This document shows positions 37,466-50,247 of a stretch of DNA of 57,132 nucleotides, one piece after another (position 1 is the stretch's first letter; every line of letters begins with the position of its first letter). Below the pieces are notes generated by a model. That model did no database searches, was not told the origin of the DNA, and worked only from the letters and a program-made list of their open reading frames with translations. This DNA is from Terrimesophilobacter sp. GTDB lineage: Bacteria > Actinomycetota > Actinomycetes > Actinomycetales > Microbacteriaceae. The position numbers and the translations under genes were made by a program. Location: contig DAITPJ010000003.1 of the NCBI GenBank assembly GCA_036833635.1, forward strand, positions 1 to 57,132. Direction: 5' to 3'.

Positions 37466-39556
37466 ATGGCAGCACTCGACTGGGAGCCCATCGACGACCG
37501 CGCGGTCGACACGGCGAGAATTCTTGCGGCGGATGCCGTGGAGAAGGTGGGCAACGGTCATCCGGGGACGGCCATGAGTCTCGCCCCCGCCGCCTACCTG
37601 CTGTTCCAGAGGGTCATGCGTCGTGACCCGCGCGACAGTTCATGGCTGGGCAGGGACCGGTTCATCCTCTCGGCCGGCCACACCTCGCTCACCCAGTACG
37701 TGCAGTTCTATCTCGGCGGTTACGGCCTCGAGCTCGACGATCTCAAGGCCCTGCGCACGTTCGGTTCGAAGACGCCTGGGCACCCGGAGTACGGCCACAC
37801 CGATGGCATCGAGATGACGACGGGGCCGCTCGGCCAGGGCATCTCCTCCGCTGTCGGGTTCGCCTACGCTGCCCGCTACGAGCGTGGCCTGTTCGATCCG
37901 GATGCCGCTGAAGGCACGAGCCCCTTCGATCACTTCATCTACGTCATCGCGAGCGATGGCGACATGCAGGAGGGCATCTCGAGCGAGGCGTCTTCCCTCG
38001 CGGGTCATCAGAAGCTCGGCAACCTGGTTGTGATCTACGACGACAACCAGATCTCCATCGAGGACGACACCGATATCGCCTTCACCGAGGACGTGGCGGC
38101 GCGCTACGAGGCCTACCACTGGCACGTGCAGGTCGTCGACTGGAAGAAGACCGGCGTCTACACCGAGGATGTCGCGGAGCTGCACCGGGCGATCGAGGCG
38201 GCGCAGGCGGCGACCGACCGCCCCTCGCTCATCGTGCTGCGCACGATCATCGGCTGGCCCTCCCCCACCAAGCAGAACACCGGCAAGATCCACGGCTCCG
38301 CGCTCGGGGCCGATGAGCTCGCCGCCGTCAAGAAGGTGCTCGACTTCGACCCCGACGAGCACTTCGCCGTCGAGCCTGCAGTGCTCGAGCACACCAGGAA
38401 GGCCGTCGAGCGCGGGGCGGCCGCGAAGGCCGAGTGGCAGAAGGGCTTCGACGCCTGGGCCGTGGCGAACCCCGAGCGCAAGGCGCTTCTGGACAGGCTC
38501 GAGTCCGGCGCCGCTCCGGAGGGCATCGAGGACGTGCTCCCGGTGTTCGAGCCGGGCAAGGACGTGTCGACGCGCGCCGCATCCGGCAAGGTCATCAACG
38601 CCATCGCCGCGATCATGCCGGAGCTGTGGGGAGGCTCGGCCGACCTCGCGGAGTCCAACAACACGACGATCGAGTCGGCGGAGTCGTTCGTTCCGGCCGA
38701 GCACTCGACCCATGAGTGGGCCGGCGACAAGTACGGCAGGGTGCTGCACTTCGGCATCCGAGAGCACGCCATGGGCGCCATCATCAACGGCATCGTGCTG
38801 CACGGCAAGACCCGCGCCTTCGGCGGCACCTTCCTCATCTTCAGCGACTACATGCGGGCGGCAGTGCGCATCGCCGCCCTCATGCAGATCCCGTCCATCT
38901 ACGTGTGGACCCACGACTCGGTCGCCCTCGGCGGCGACGGGCCGACCCACCAGCCGATCGAACAGCTCACGGCGCTCCGCGCGATCCCTGGCCTCGACGT
39001 CGTGCGCCCAGCCGATGCGAATGAGGTCTCCTTCGCCTGGCTCGCGATGCTGCAACGGCGCGGGGGTCCTGCCGGCCTCGCCCTCAGCAGGCAGAATCTG
39101 CCGGTCTTCGAACGCGGAACCGGCGCGGCCTCCGGGGACATCCTCGCCTCCGCTGACAACGTCGCGCGGGGCGCATACGTGCTCGCCGAAGCGCCGGGCG
39201 GAACCCCGGATGTCATCATCATCGCCACAGGATCCGAGGTCCAGTTCGCGCTCGAGGCGCGCGAGACCCTCAAGGGGGACGGCGTCAACGCCCGCGTGGT
39301 CTCAGCACCGTGTCTCGAATGGTTCTCCGAGCAGGATGCCGGGTACCGCGAATCGGTGCTCCCGGCCGGCGTGACAGCACGGGTGTCGGTCGAGGCGGGT
39401 CTCGCCCTCGGCTGGCGCGGCATCATCGGCGACCGCGGCCGCAGCGTCTCGATCGAGCACTACGGCGCCTCAGCCGACTACGAGACCCTGTACCGCGAGT
39501 TCGGCCTCACGACCGAGCACGTCGTTGCAGCTGCGAAGGAATCCCTCGCCGCGTAA
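37466..39556 (+). CDS. tkt: Transketolase
   Basis: [39 protein letters not shown]. Confidence 0.97.
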   Translation: MAALDWEPIDDRAVDTARILAADAVEKVGNGHPGTAMSLAPAAYLLFQRVMRRDPRDSSWLGRDRFILSAGHTSLTQYVQFYLGGYGLELDDLKALRTFGSKTPGHPEYGHTDGIEMTTGPLGQGISSAVGFAYAARYERGLFDPDAAEGTSPFDHFIYVIASDGDMQEGISSEASSLAGHQKLGNLVVIYDDNQISIEDDTDIAFTEDVAARYEAYHWHVQVVDWKKTGVYTEDVAELHRAIEAAQAATDRPSLIVLRTIIGWPSPTKQNTGKIHGSALGADELAAVKKVLDFDPDEHFAVEPAVLEHTRKAVERGAAAKAEWQKGFDAWAVANPERKALLDRLESGAAPEGIEDVLPVFEPGKDVSTRAASGKVINAIAAIMPELWGGSADLAESNNTTIESAESFVPAEHSTHEWAGDKYGRVLHFGIREHAMGAIINGIVLHGKTRAFGGTFLIFSDYMRAAVRIAALMQIPSIYVWTHDSVALGGDGPTHQPIEQLTALRAIPGLDVVRPADANEVSFAWLAMLQRRGGPAGLALSRQNLPVFERGTGAASGDILASADNVARGAYVLAEAPGGTPDVIIIATGSEVQFALEARETLKGDGVNARVVSAPCLEWFSEQDAGYRESVLPAGVTARVSVEAGLALGWRGIIGDRGRSVSIEHYGASADYETLYREFGLTTEHVVAAAKESLAA

Positions 39557-39585
39557 GGCCTGGGCATGACGGAAGAAGAACGAAC

Positions 39586-40716
39586 ATGACCGACACCACG
39601 AGCCCGCTCGCCGACCTCACGAAGGCGGGCGTGAGCGTCTGGCTCGACGACCTCTCTCGCGAGAGGATCGTCTCAGGAGGGCTGAAGAAGCTCATCGAGG
39701 ACCGCCACGTCGTGGGAGTCACGACGAACCCGACGATCTTCGCCAACGCCCTCGCCAAGGGCGAGGACTACGACGAACAGGTCGCGGGGCTGGCCGCAGC
39801 GGGTACGAGCGTGAGCGACGCCGTCGTGGACATCACGACGCATGACGTCGCAAGGGGCTGCGACATCTTCCGGCCGCTCTTCGACTCGTCCGACGGTCGC
39901 GACGGGCGCGTCTCGATCGAAGTCGAGCCTGCCCTGGCCCACGACACCGCAGGCACGATCGCACAGGGCCGGATGCTGTGGGACACCGTCGACCGGCCCA
40001 ACGTCATGATCAAGGTGCCGGCCACGGTCGAGGGCCTCGGGGCCATCACCGAGCTCACGGCCCTCGGCATCAGCGTCAACGTGACCCTCATCTTCAGCCT
40101 CGAGCGTCACCGCGAGGTCATCAACGCCTACCTGGCCGGTCTCGAGAAGGCCCGTGCGGCCGGCATCGATCTTTCCCGCATCCGGTCGGTCGCATCCTTC
40201 TTCGTATCGCGTGTCGACACCGAGGTCGACAAGCGGCTCGAGGCCATCGGGACGAAGGAGGCTCTCGCGCTCAAGGGCAAGGCCGGCATCGCGAACGCGC
40301 GCTTGGCCTACGAGGTCTTCGAGCAGGCCTTCGCGAGTGAGCGCGCCAAGGGCCTCGTCGCCGCCGGTGCCCACGTCCAGCGGCCGCTGTGGGCCTCAAC
40401 GGGTGTCAAGGACCCCTCGCTGCGGGACACCCTCTACGTCGAGGAGCTCGTCGCCGACGACGTCGTCAACACCATGCCGGAGAAGACCATGGAGGCGACA
40501 TTCGATCACGGCGTGATCCGGGGCGATACCGTCACGGGCAACTACGCCGATGCCAACGCGGTCCTCGACGCCGTCGCGGGCCTTGGCATCTCGTACGACG
40601 AGGTCACGGCGCTCCTCGAGAAGGAGGGCATCGACAAGTTCACGGTGTCCTGGAACGAGCTGCTCGACACGGTGTCCGCCGCGCTCGAGGCGGCTCGCGG
40701 GAAGTCCGGTTCGTGA
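39586..40716 (+). CDS. tal: Transaldolase
   Basis: [36 protein letters not shown]. Confidence 0.96.
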   Translation: MTDTTSPLADLTKAGVSVWLDDLSRERIVSGGLKKLIEDRHVVGVTTNPTIFANALAKGEDYDEQVAGLAAAGTSVSDAVVDITTHDVARGCDIFRPLFDSSDGRDGRVSIEVEPALAHDTAGTIAQGRMLWDTVDRPNVMIKVPATVEGLGAITELTALGISVNVTLIFSLERHREVINAYLAGLEKARAAGIDLSRIRSVASFFVSRVDTEVDKRLEAIGTKEALALKGKAGIANARLAYEVFEQAFASERAKGLVAAGAHVQRPLWASTGVKDPSLRDTLYVEELVADDVVNTMPEKTMEATFDHGVIRGDTVTGNYADANAVLDAVAGLGISYDEVTALLEKEGIDKFTVSWNELLDTVSAALEAARGKSGS

Positions 40717-42311
40717 GCTTCGACATCACGGCGAGCGGGGCCGCTCTCGAGGCGGTCGACCGCATCGTTCCACAGCTCGTGAGCGATCTGGTCGCCTCGC
40801 GCATCGCAGGGCAGGATCCGACGCTGTGGGGCCCTGACGCGGAGGCGGAAGCGGCACAGCGGCTCGGCTGGACAGAGGCCGTCGTCGTCTCCGACCCGCT
40901 CGTGCCCGACATCCTCGCGCTGCGGGACCGATTGCACGCCCACGGCGTCGACCACATCGTGCTGGGCGGCATGGGAGGGTCCTCACTCGCCCCCGAGGTC
41001 ATCACGCGCACGGCGGGGGTCGAACTCACTATCCTCGACACGAGCTCACCGGGCCAGGTCGCCGCGGCGCTCGCCGACCGGCTCGCCACGACCGCCGTCG
41101 TGATCTCGTCGAAGTCGGGCTCGACCGTGGAGACCGACAGCCAGAAGCGGGTCTATGAGAAGGCATTCCGCGACGCCGGGATCGACCCCATCGACCGCAT
41201 CATCGTCGTGACGGACCCGGGGTCGCCTCTCGACGTGGCCGCACGGGCGGACGGCTATCGGGTGTTCAACGCCGACCCCGATGTCGGTGGGCGCTACTCC
41301 GCTCTCACGGCCTTCGGACTCGTCCCCTCCGGCCTCGCCGGCGTCGACATCGCCTCGCTGCTCGACGAGGCCTCATCGGTCGCGGGGCGCATCGCCGTCG
41401 ACAGGCCAGAGAACCCTGCGCTCATCCTGGGTGCGGCCATCGCCGGCACCCGGCCCCTCAGGGACAAGCTCGGGATCGTCTCGGACGGCACGTACATCGT
41501 CGGCTTCGCCGACTGGGCAGAGCAGCTCATCGCCGAGTCGACCGGGAAGCTGGGGAAAGGCATCCTCCCTGTCGTTCTCGGTGTCGACGCCCCTGAACTC
41601 ACGATGGAGTTGCCCGACCTCCAGGTCGTCCGTCTCGTGGAGAGCGCGCGGGCGACGGACGAGGTCGAGGAGGGTGAGATCGAGATCAGCGGAACCCTCG
41701 GGGCGCAGCTGCTCGTGTGGGAGACCGCGATCGCCGTCGCAGGGCGAATCCTCGGCATCGACCCCTTCGACCAGCCGGACGTCGAATCCGCCAAGGAAGC
41801 CACGAGGGGCCTGCTCGACGCGCGTCCTGAGCCGGCGGAGCCGGCTTTCATCGAGTCCGGCATCGAGGTGCGCTCGACGGATGCCGCGATCACGGAGGGC
41901 GGGACGCTCGCCTCGGCACTCGACGCGCTCATGACACGTCTCCCGCATGGCGGCTACCTGAGCATCCAGGCGTACCTCGACCGAGTTCACCTGCCCAGGG
42001 CAGCACGGATCCGCGACCTCGCCGCCCGACGAGCCGGCCGGCCCGTCACGTTCGGATGGGGCCCACGGTTCCTGCACTCGACCGGCCAGTTCCACAAGGG
42101 TGGACCTGCTGTCGGGGTCTTCCTTCAGCTCACGTCGAGAGAGACGAGCGACCTCGAGATCCCTGGCCGCCCGTTCACGTTCGGTGAACTCATCCAGGCG
42201 CAGGCCCAGGGCGACGCCGCCGTGCTCGCCGACCATGGCCGTCCCGTGCTGACCCTCACGCTCGTCGATGAGGGGCGCGGCCTCGCCACGCTCCTCGACA
42301 TTCTCGGTTGA
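40713..42311 (+). CDS. pgi: Glucose-6-phosphate isomerase (Tal-Pgi-associated type)
   Basis: [41 protein letters not shown]. Confidence 0.9.
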   Translation: MSFDITASGAALEAVDRIVPQLVSDLVASRIAGQDPTLWGPDAEAEAAQRLGWTEAVVVSDPLVPDILALRDRLHAHGVDHIVLGGMGGSSLAPEVITRTAGVELTILDTSSPGQVAAALADRLATTAVVISSKSGSTVETDSQKRVYEKAFRDAGIDPIDRIIVVTDPGSPLDVAARADGYRVFNADPDVGGRYSALTAFGLVPSGLAGVDIASLLDEASSVAGRIAVDRPENPALILGAAIAGTRPLRDKLGIVSDGTYIVGFADWAEQLIAESTGKLGKGILPVVLGVDAPELTMELPDLQVVRLVESARATDEVEEGEIEISGTLGAQLLVWETAIAVAGRILGIDPFDQPDVESAKEATRGLLDARPEPAEPAFIESGIEVRSTDAAITEGGTLASALDALMTRLPHGGYLSIQAYLDRVHLPRAARIRDLAARRAGRPVTFGWGPRFLHSTGQFHKGGPAVGVFLQLTSRETSDLEIPGRPFTFGELIQAQAQGDAAVLADHGRPVLTLTLVDEGRGLATLLDILG

Positions 42312-42315
42312 GCCG

Positions 42316-43857
42316 ATGGCGCCGGTCGAGATCAGGCGGGATGCCAACCCGCTGAGACTGCCCTCCGATCGGCGGCTCAACCGCATCGCGGGTCCGAGCG
42401 CGCTCATCATCTTCGGTGTGACGGGCGACCTGTCTCGCAAGAAGCTCATGCCGGCGGTCTACGACCTCGCGAACCGCGGCCTGCTTCCGCCTGGGTTCGC
42501 CCTCGTCGGGTTCGCCCGGCGCGACTGGGAGACGCAGGACTTCGCCGCTGTCGTTCACGATGCCGTCAAGGCGCACGCCCGCACGCCCTTCGACGAGGAT
42601 GTCTGGAAGCAGCTTTCGCATGGCATCCGCTTCGTCCAGGGTGAGTTCGACGACGACGCGGCCTTTGCGAGGCTCGCCGAGACGCTGCGCGAGCTCGACG
42701 AGACGAGGGGAACCATGGGCAACCACGCGTTCTACCTCTCGATCCCCCCGAAGTCGTTCCCGGAGGTCACGGAGCAGCTGCGCCGCTCCGGGCTCGCGGA
42801 GCAATCCAATGGCCAATGGCGCCGAGTCGTGATCGAGAAGCCCTTCGGAAGCGACCTCGCCTCCGCCAGGGCTCTCAATGACGTCGTCGAGTCGGTGTTC
42901 CCCACCGACTCCGTGTTCCGCATCGACCACTATCTCGGCAAGGAGACGGTCCAGAACATCCTTGCGCTGCGCTTCGCGAACCAGCTCTACGAGCCGATCT
43001 GGAACGAGCGCTACGTGGACCACGTGCAGATCACGATGGCAGAGGACATCGGTGTCGGCGGCCGTGCAGGCTACTACGACGGCATCGGCGCCGCGCGGGA
43101 TGTCATCCAGAACCACCTCCTGCAGCTGCTCGCCCTCACTGCCATGGAGGAGCCGGTCTCCTTCGACGCGAAGGACCTGCGCGCGGAGAAGGAGAAGATC
43201 CTCTCCGCGGTGCGACTCGGCAAGGACCTCGCTCTCACGACGGCGCGCGGCCAGTACTCGAGCGGCTGGCAGGGCGGTGAGCGCGTCGTCGGGTTCCTCG
43301 ACGAAGACGGCATGAACCCTGACTCGCTCACCGAGACGTACGCCGCCATTCGCCTCGACATCAATACCCGTCGCTGGGCCGGCGTCCCCTTCTATCTCAG
43401 GGCTGGCAAGCGCCTCGGACGCAGGGTGACGGAGATCGCCGTCGTGTTCAAGCGGGCTCCCCAGTACCTCTTCGCCGAGAGCCAGACGAGCGCACTCGGC
43501 CGGAACGCCCTCGTCATTCGCGTGCAACCGGATGAGGGCGTCACGATCCGATTCGGCTCGAAGGTTCCCGGTGCCGGGATGCAGGTGCGCGACGTGACGA
43601 TGGACTTCGGGTACGGCCATGCGTTCACCGAGGCGAGCCCCGAGGCGTACGAGCGGCTCCTCCTGGATGTGCTCCTGGGTGATCCGCCGCTTTTCCCGCG
43701 CCACGAAGAGGTCGAGTTGAGCTGGATGATCCTCGACCCGATCGAGGAGTTCTGGGCTGTGCAGGGCAGGCCGGAGCAGTACCGGCCTGGCACGTGGGGG
43801 CCCGCTTCAGCCGACGCGCTCCTGGCCCGCGACGGCCGCACCTGGAGGCGCCCGTGA
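42316..43857 (+). CDS. zwf: Glucose-6-phosphate 1-dehydrogenase
   Basis: FGVTGDLSRKKL, EKPFG, RIDHYLGKE. Confidence 0.97.
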   Translation: MAPVEIRRDANPLRLPSDRRLNRIAGPSALIIFGVTGDLSRKKLMPAVYDLANRGLLPPGFALVGFARRDWETQDFAAVVHDAVKAHARTPFDEDVWKQLSHGIRFVQGEFDDDAAFARLAETLRELDETRGTMGNHAFYLSIPPKSFPEVTEQLRRSGLAEQSNGQWRRVVIEKPFGSDLASARALNDVVESVFPTDSVFRIDHYLGKETVQNILALRFANQLYEPIWNERYVDHVQITMAEDIGVGGRAGYYDGIGAARDVIQNHLLQLLALTAMEEPVSFDAKDLRAEKEKILSAVRLGKDLALTTARGQYSSGWQGGERVVGFLDEDGMNPDSLTETYAAIRLDINTRRWAGVPFYLRAGKRLGRRVTEIAVVFKRAPQYLFAESQTSALGRNALVIRVQPDEGVTIRFGSKVPGAGMQVRDVTMDFGYGHAFTEASPEAYERLLLDVLLGDPPLFPRHEEVELSWMILDPIEEFWAVQGRPEQYRPGTWGPASADALLARDGRTWRRP

Positions 43858-44843
43858 TCGTCGAACTACCGGACACCACGACGAGCGGCATCTCGAAGGC
43901 CCTTGTGAGGATCCGCGAGGAGGGCGGGGCCGTCGCCCTCGGACGCGTCCTCACCCTTGTCATCGCGACCCGGCACGGCGCAGAGGAAGAAGCGATCGAA
44001 GCCGCGAACGACGCTTCGCGCGAGCACCCCATGCGCGTCATCGTGCTCTCCACGGCATCCGCTGCGACTGAGGCGGCTGGCAATGGCGAGTCACGGCTCG
44101 ACGCGCAAATTCGTGTGGGCGGGGACGCAGGGGCGAGCGAGGTTGTCGTCCTGCGCGCGTACGGTGAGACTGCGCGGAACGAGGAAGGGCTCGTGACGGG
44201 CCTCCTGCTCGCCGATGCCCCCGTCGTCGCGTGGTGGCCGGCGGAGGCGCCCGACGTCGTTTCGAAGTCCGCGATCGGCCGGATGGCGCAGCGACGCATC
44301 ACGGATGCCGCTGCGCAGCCCGATCCGCGCGCCTACCTCGACCACCTGGCGCAGTCGTACAGCCCAGGCGACACCGACTTCGCCTGGACCCGACTCACGC
44401 TGTGGCGCGCTCAGCTGGCCGCCGTGCTCGACCAGCCGCCCTACGAGTCCATCACCGGCATCGAGGTGCACGGCGCATCCGATTCGCCATCGACGAGCCT
44501 CTTGGCCGCGTGGCTCCAGCGGCAGCTCGAGGTCGGGGCTCGCCAGTTCTCATATGGCCCGACGGAGGGACGAGCGGGCATCCATGAGGTCAGGCTCGAG
44601 CGCGCTTCGGGTGTCATCGAGTTGCGCAGAACACAGCCGAGCATCGTCACGCTCGTCCAGCCTGGCCAGCCCGTGCACGACATCTCCCTTCCGCGCCGCA
44701 CCCTTCGCGACTGCCTCGCGGAGGAACTGCGCAGGCTCGACCCTGACGACCTGTTCGGCGACGTGCTCCAGGGCGGACTTCCCAGGCTCGCGGCGCCGAC
44801 CGCGTCACCGACCCCCTTCCGCACCCAGGAGCAGCCAACATGA
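43854..44843 (+). CDS. opcA: G6PDH assembly protein OpcA
   Basis: GRVLTLVI, EHP.RVI, DAPVVAWWP, RRITD, PGDTD..WTR.T.WR. Confidence 0.92.
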   Translation: MIVELPDTTTSGISKALVRIREEGGAVALGRVLTLVIATRHGAEEEAIEAANDASREHPMRVIVLSTASAATEAAGNGESRLDAQIRVGGDAGASEVVVLRAYGETARNEEGLVTGLLLADAPVVAWWPAEAPDVVSKSAIGRMAQRRITDAAAQPDPRAYLDHLAQSYSPGDTDFAWTRLTLWRAQLAAVLDQPPYESITGIEVHGASDSPSTSLLAAWLQRQLEVGARQFSYGPTEGRAGIHEVRLERASGVIELRRTQPSIVTLVQPGQPVHDISLPRRTLRDCLAEELRRLDPDDLFGDVLQGGLPRLAAPTASPTPFRTQEQPT

Positions 44844-45640
44844 TTCGTGAACCGCTCAACGAGCGCAGCGTCATCGTGCATGAGGACCGTCGCAGCCTCG
44901 CCACCGGCGTCGCCGACCGCTTCTTCGATCTTCTCGCCGAGGTCCTCGCGACCAAGCCAACGGCCCAGCTCGTGCTCACGGGCGGCACGGTCGGTGCCGA
45001 GGTGCTCGCCGCGATCGCCGCGTCACCTCGGTTGCACTCGCTCGACTGGAACCGCGTCGAGTTCTGGTGGGGCGACGAGCGCTGGCTCCCCTCCGGGGAT
45101 CCGGAGCGCAACGACACCCTGGCCGACGAAGCCCTGCTCACGGTCCTCGTCGAGGACGGCACGCTCGACCCCGCGCGCATTCACCGTGCACCCGCCTCGG
45201 ACGGCTCCCTCGGGCTGGACGCCGCCGCTCGGCACTATGCCGACGAACTCGCCCAGCACGCCGCGGAGGGAGCGAGCGTTCCGGACTTCGACCTCGTCTT
45301 CCTGGGCGTCGGGCCCGACGGACACGTCGCATCCCTGTTTCCTGACCGGGAGGGCATCCGGGTCACAGAGGCGACCGTCATCGCCGTGCGGGAATCGCCC
45401 AAGCCGCCCCCGGAGCGACTGAGCCTCACATTGCCGGCCATCAACGGCGCTGACCGCGTCTGGCTATGCCTCGCAGGGGCGGACAAGGCTGCGGCCCTCG
45501 GCCTCGCCCTTGCGGGCGCGAGTACAGTCGATGTGCCCGCAGCGGGCGTTGCAGGGCGTCTCAGGACCGTGTTCTTCATCGACAGCGCCGCCACGGCCGA
45601 TGTCTCACCTGACCTGCTCGCCGAGGGCGAATCGGTCTGA
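44840..45640 (+). CDS. pgl: 6-phosphogluconolactonase
   Basis: LTGG, WGDER, LGVGPDGHVASLFP, SPKPPP.R. Confidence 0.94.
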   Translation: MIREPLNERSVIVHEDRRSLATGVADRFFDLLAEVLATKPTAQLVLTGGTVGAEVLAAIAASPRLHSLDWNRVEFWWGDERWLPSGDPERNDTLADEALLTVLVEDGTLDPARIHRAPASDGSLGLDAAARHYADELAQHAAEGASVPDFDLVFLGVGPDGHVASLFPDREGIRVTEATVIAVRESPKPPPERLSLTLPAINGADRVWLCLAGADKAAALGLALAGASTVDVPAAGVAGRLRTVFFIDSAATADVSPDLLAEGESV

Positions 45641-45650
45641 ACCCGGCCTG

Positions 45651-46013
45651 TCAGGCCGAGGTGCGGCCCCTGCGCGCCCTGAGCTGCTCGAGCGCCTCGT
45701 CGAGAAGCGTGGCGGCCTCCTGCTCGGTCCTTCGCTCCTTGACGTAGGCGAGGTGGGTCTTGTACGGCTCAAGCTTGGCGACGGACGGCGGATTGTCCTT
45801 GTCGCGGCCGGCCGGGAGCCCGCAGTTGGGGCAGTCGAGCCGCTCCGGGATCTCCTCCGGCTCGATCGTCGCAAGGAAGTACGGCTTGAGCTCGTGCCCG
45901 TTGGCGCACCAGTAGGACACCTGGATCCGGTCCGCGTGGTATCCGCGATCCTGCTCCCCCATCGGTCCCGCGCCCACGCGCGACCCTCGAATTGCACTGC
46001 CACCAGATGCCAC
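45651..46013 (-). CDS. rbpA: RNA polymerase-binding protein, RbpA family
   Basis: RGSRVG, Y.C..GH...C..CG, KTH...KERR...LL.E.L..LR. Confidence 0.85.
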   Translation of the reverse strand: MASGGSAIRGSRVGAGPMGEQDRGYHADRIQVSYWCANGHELKPYFLATIEPEEIPERLDCPNCGLPAGRDKDNPPSVAKLEPYKTHLAYVKERRTEQEAATLLDEALEQLRARRGRTSA

Positions 46014-46085
46014 TGACGACTCCTAATCTTGACCGGGCGCGGTTGTGAAGGCGCTATCTTGTGAGGCTGCTGTTGTCTATAGGCA

Positions 46086-46337
46086 CTAAACGCCGACGTC
46101 GAACTTCGTGATGAGCCCGAGAGCGATGATGCACAGCACCCACACGAGCCCCAGGATGACGGTGAAGCGGTTGAGGTTGCGTTCTGCGACACCCGACGCC
46201 CCTAGGTTCGAGGTCGTGCCACCGCCGAACATGTCGGACAGACCACCGCCGCGCCCCTTGTGAAGCAGGATGAGCAAGGTCAGCAGGAGGCTCGTGATGC
46301 CGAGTACGACCTGCAGGATGACCTGGAGAATTTCCAC
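46086..46337 (-). CDS. secG: Preprotein translocase subunit SecG
   Basis: LLHKGRGGGLSDMFGG...ERNLNRFT; downstream of tpiA. Confidence 0.95.
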   Translation of the reverse strand: MEILQVILQVVLGITSLLLTLLILLHKGRGGGLSDMFGGGTTSNLGASGVAERNLNRFTVILGLVWVLCIIALGLITKFDVGV

Positions 46338-46427
46338 GGGAAGGGTGCCTTTCTGGGGGCGCTGACCGTTGATCAGTATAACTCGTGGCGGCGGATCGGC
46401 CGATTCGGCGCCGGTGATGCCTGCCGC

Positions 46428-47249
46428 CTACACGCCGACGTGGCTCTGGAACCGTGCGATCTTGGCGAATTCGTCGACGACAAGACTCGCACCGCCGACG
46501 AGGGCCCCGTCGATGTTCGCCTCACGAAGGAAGCTCGCGATGTTGCCGGACGTGACAGAACCGCCGTAGAGGATGCGTGTGCGTGCCGCAGCGTCGTCGC
46601 CGAGTGCCGTGCCAACGACTGCCCTCAACTGCCCTGCGACGTTCTCGGCCTGTTCCGGCGTGGCAGCCTGACCGGACCCGATGGCCCATACCGGTTCGTA
46701 GGCCACGACGATGTCGGCTCCCGCGCCGCCGGCAACGCGCGGGAGGTCTCGCAGGGCCGTCTCGAGCTGCTCGACAGGGACAGCGCTCGCGCCGCGCTCC
46801 TCGAGGTCCTCTGCGGTCTCACCGACGCAGATGACCGGCACGAGACCGTGGCGGATGGCGGCGGCGGCCTTGGCGCCGACGAGTTCGTTGGACTCGTTGT
46901 GGTACGACCGTCGCTCTGAATGTCCGACGATCGCGTAGCTGCACTCAAGCGCCTTGAGGAACGCGCCGGAGATCTCTCCCGTATAGGCGCCCGAATCGTG
47001 CTCCGACACATCCTGTGCCCCGAAAGTGATGGGGAAGCGGTCGGCGGCGATGAGCGTCTGCACCGAGCGCAGGTCTGTGAAAGGAGGGAACACCGCGACC
47101 TCGACGGTGCGGAAGTCGAGCTTGGCGTCCTTGAGGCTCCACGCGAGCTTCTGCACGAAGGCGATTGCCTGGAGATGGTCGAGGTTGAGCTTCCAGTTTC
47201 CGGCGATGAGCGGCCTGCGCCCCGCTGAACTGGTCGTCACTGCTGCCAT
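46428..47249 (-). CDS. tpiA: Triosephosphate isomerase
   Basis: AGNWK, GAYTGEIS, GHSERR, AYEPVWAIG, LVGGASL. Confidence 0.97.
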   Translation of the reverse strand: MAAVTTSSAGRRPLIAGNWKLNLDHLQAIAFVQKLAWSLKDAKLDFRTVEVAVFPPFTDLRSVQTLIAADRFPITFGAQDVSEHDSGAYTGEISGAFLKALECSYAIVGHSERRSYHNESNELVGAKAAAAIRHGLVPVICVGETAEDLEERGASAVPVEQLETALRDLPRVAGGAGADIVVAYEPVWAIGSGQAATPEQAENVAGQLRAVVGTALGDDAAARTRILYGGSVTSGNIASFLREANIDGALVGGASLVVDEFAKIARFQSHVGV

Positions 47250-48451
47250 CCGAGTACCTCCAGTCCTGGCAGCCGCTTCCCTTCGAGGAATTCGAGGCTC
47301 GCACCACCGCCCGTCGAAATGTGACCGAAACGGTCGTCGGCGAACCCGAGGGCCCGCACCGCCGCAGCCGAGTCGCCCCCGCCGACGACCGAGAGGCCGG
47401 CGACCTCGGTCAATGCCTGTGCGACGGCTTTCGTCCCTGCAGCGAACGCCGGGAACTCGAAGACGCCCATGGGGCCGTTCCAGAACACTGTCGCGCTCGA
47501 GGCGATGACCTCCGCGAAACGCCGCGCCGTCTTCGGCCCGATATCGAGTCCGAGGCCTTCGTGGCCCCACGCTGTGTCCTCCATCGCCTCGACGGATCGG
47601 ACCTCGTGGTCGGCGTCGGCAGAGAAGGAAGCGGCGACGACAGTGTCCACGGGAAGGATGAGGTCGACTCCGAGCCGTTCGGCCTCGGTGAGGTAGCCGC
47701 GCACGGTGTCGAGCTGGTCCTCTTCGAGCAGGCTCGACCCGACAGGATGCCCGAGGGCGGCGAGGAAGGTGAACATCATTCCTCCTCCGACGAGCAGCGC
47801 GTCGACGCGCGGAAGCAGGTGGCCGATGACACCGAGCTTGTCGGAGACCTTGGAGCCGCCGAGCACGACGGTGTATGGTTTCGCCGGCGTCCCGGTGAGC
47901 TGATCGAGAACGTCGAGTTCCGCGCTCACGAGACGACCAGCAGCACTCGGAAGCAACTCGGCGAGTTCGTAGACGCTCGCCTGCTTGCGATGAACGACAC
48001 CGAACCCGTCGGAAACGAAGACATCGCCGAAGGCGGCGAGCCTGCCCGCGAACTCACGACGATCCTCGGCCGACGTCGCGGTCTCCCCCTGGTTAAAGCG
48101 CAGGTTCTCGAGGAGGGCGATTCCGCCGTCGTCAAGCTTCTCGACAGCCGCCACGGCCTCTGGCCCAACGGTGTCACCTGCGAACGCGACGGGACGGTCG
48201 AGCAACTCGCCGAGGCGCTGTGCCACGGGCGCGAGGCTGTACTGCGCATCCGGGGCGCCGTCCGGGCGCCCGAGGTGCGAGATCACGACGACGCGTGCCC
48301 CAGCGGCCAGGAGCTCGTTGAGCGTCCCGAGCGATGCCCGGATGCGCCCGTCATCGGTGATCTCACGACCGTCGAGCGGCACGTTGAGATCGCATCGGAC
48401 GATGACGCGCTTGCCGGCGAGCGGCCCGAGGGACTCGATCGTTCGGAGCAT
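47237..48451 (-). CDS. pgk: Phosphoglycerate kinase
   Basis: DLNVP, SHLGRP, LENLRF, WNGPMGVFE, GGGDS, STGGGASLE. Confidence 0.97.
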   Translation of the reverse strand: MLRTIESLGPLAGKRVIVRCDLNVPLDGREITDDGRIRASLGTLNELLAAGARVVVISHLGRPDGAPDAQYSLAPVAQRLGELLDRPVAFAGDTVGPEAVAAVEKLDDGGIALLENLRFNQGETATSAEDRREFAGRLAAFGDVFVSDGFGVVHRKQASVYELAELLPSAAGRLVSAELDVLDQLTGTPAKPYTVVLGGSKVSDKLGVIGHLLPRVDALLVGGGMMFTFLAALGHPVGSSLLEEDQLDTVRGYLTEAERLGVDLILPVDTVVAASFSADADHEVRSVEAMEDTAWGHEGLGLDIGPKTARRFAEVIASSATVFWNGPMGVFEFPAFAAGTKAVAQALTEVAGLSVVGGGDSAAAVRALGFADDRFGHISTGGGASLEFLEGKRLPGLEVLGWQQ

Positions 48452-48464
48452 GTGGCGCCCCCGA

Positions 48465-49508
<1,044 letters not shown>

Positions 49509-50135
49509 CTATGACAGTACCAGCAGCCCGGAGGTCTTCTGGCGCGCTGTTGCGAAGCGTGACTGCACATTGCCCCAGTCCGCGATGTTCCAGAACGCCG
49601 TGATGTAATCGGCCTTGACGTTGACGTAGTCGAGGTAGAAGGCGTGCTCCCACATATCGAGCAGGAGCAGCGGAACGGTGCCCGTCGCGAAGTTCCCCTG
49701 GTGGTCGTAGTACTGCTGCACGAGAAGCTTCTCCCCGAGCGAGTCCCACACGAGCGCACCCCATCCAGAGCCCTGGATGCCCGCCGCGGCCGCCGTGAAG
49801 TGCGCCCGGAACTTGTCGAAGGAGCCGAAGTGGTCGTCGATCGCGGATGCGAGCTCGCCCGTCGGCTTGTCGCCGCCATCCGGTGACATGTTGGTCCAGA
49901 AGATCGTGTGGTTGACGTGGCCGGCGAGGTTGAAGGCGAGGTCCTTCTGGAGCTTGTTGACGTTGGCGAAGTCGTTCGACTCCCGTGCCTCTGCGAGCTT
50001 GGCGATGGCCGTATTGGCACCGTCGACGTAGGCCTTGTGGTGCTTGTCGTGGTGCAACTCCATGATCCTGCCGCTGATGTTCGGCTCGAGCGCCGCGTAG
50101 TCGTAGCCCAGATCGGGAAGAGTGTAATCAGCCAT
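49509..50135 (-). CDS. sodA: Fe/Mn superoxide dismutase
   Basis: [20 protein letters not shown]. Confidence 0.95.
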   Translation of the reverse strand: MADYTLPDLGYDYAALEPNISGRIMELHHDKHHKAYVDGANTAIAKLAEARESNDFANVNKLQKDLAFNLAGHVNHTIFWTNMSPDGGDKPTGELASAIDDHFGSFDKFRAHFTAAAAGIQGSGWGALVWDSLGEKLLVQQYYDHQGNFATGTVPLLLLDMWEHAFYLDYVNVKADYITAFWNIADWGNVQSRFATARQKTSGLLVLS

Positions 50136-50247
50136 CGGTGAATCTCCTTGAGTTGTTCAGTCCCGGCCGCACTCACGGCGAACCGGATGACCGTTCCAGT
50201 CTATGCCTCGACTCTGGATGGTTCCGGGGCCGGTGCACGGTGAGGAA

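Noticed and set aside
39586..42311. Possible Tal-Pgi fusion or frameshift
   Set aside because: Ordinary GTGA stop/start overlap; both proteins appear complete.
45644..45658. CGGCCTG-T-CAGGCCG hairpin between pgl and rbpA
   Set aside because: Short, overlaps the rbpA stop and has no U-tract; at most an ordinary terminator.
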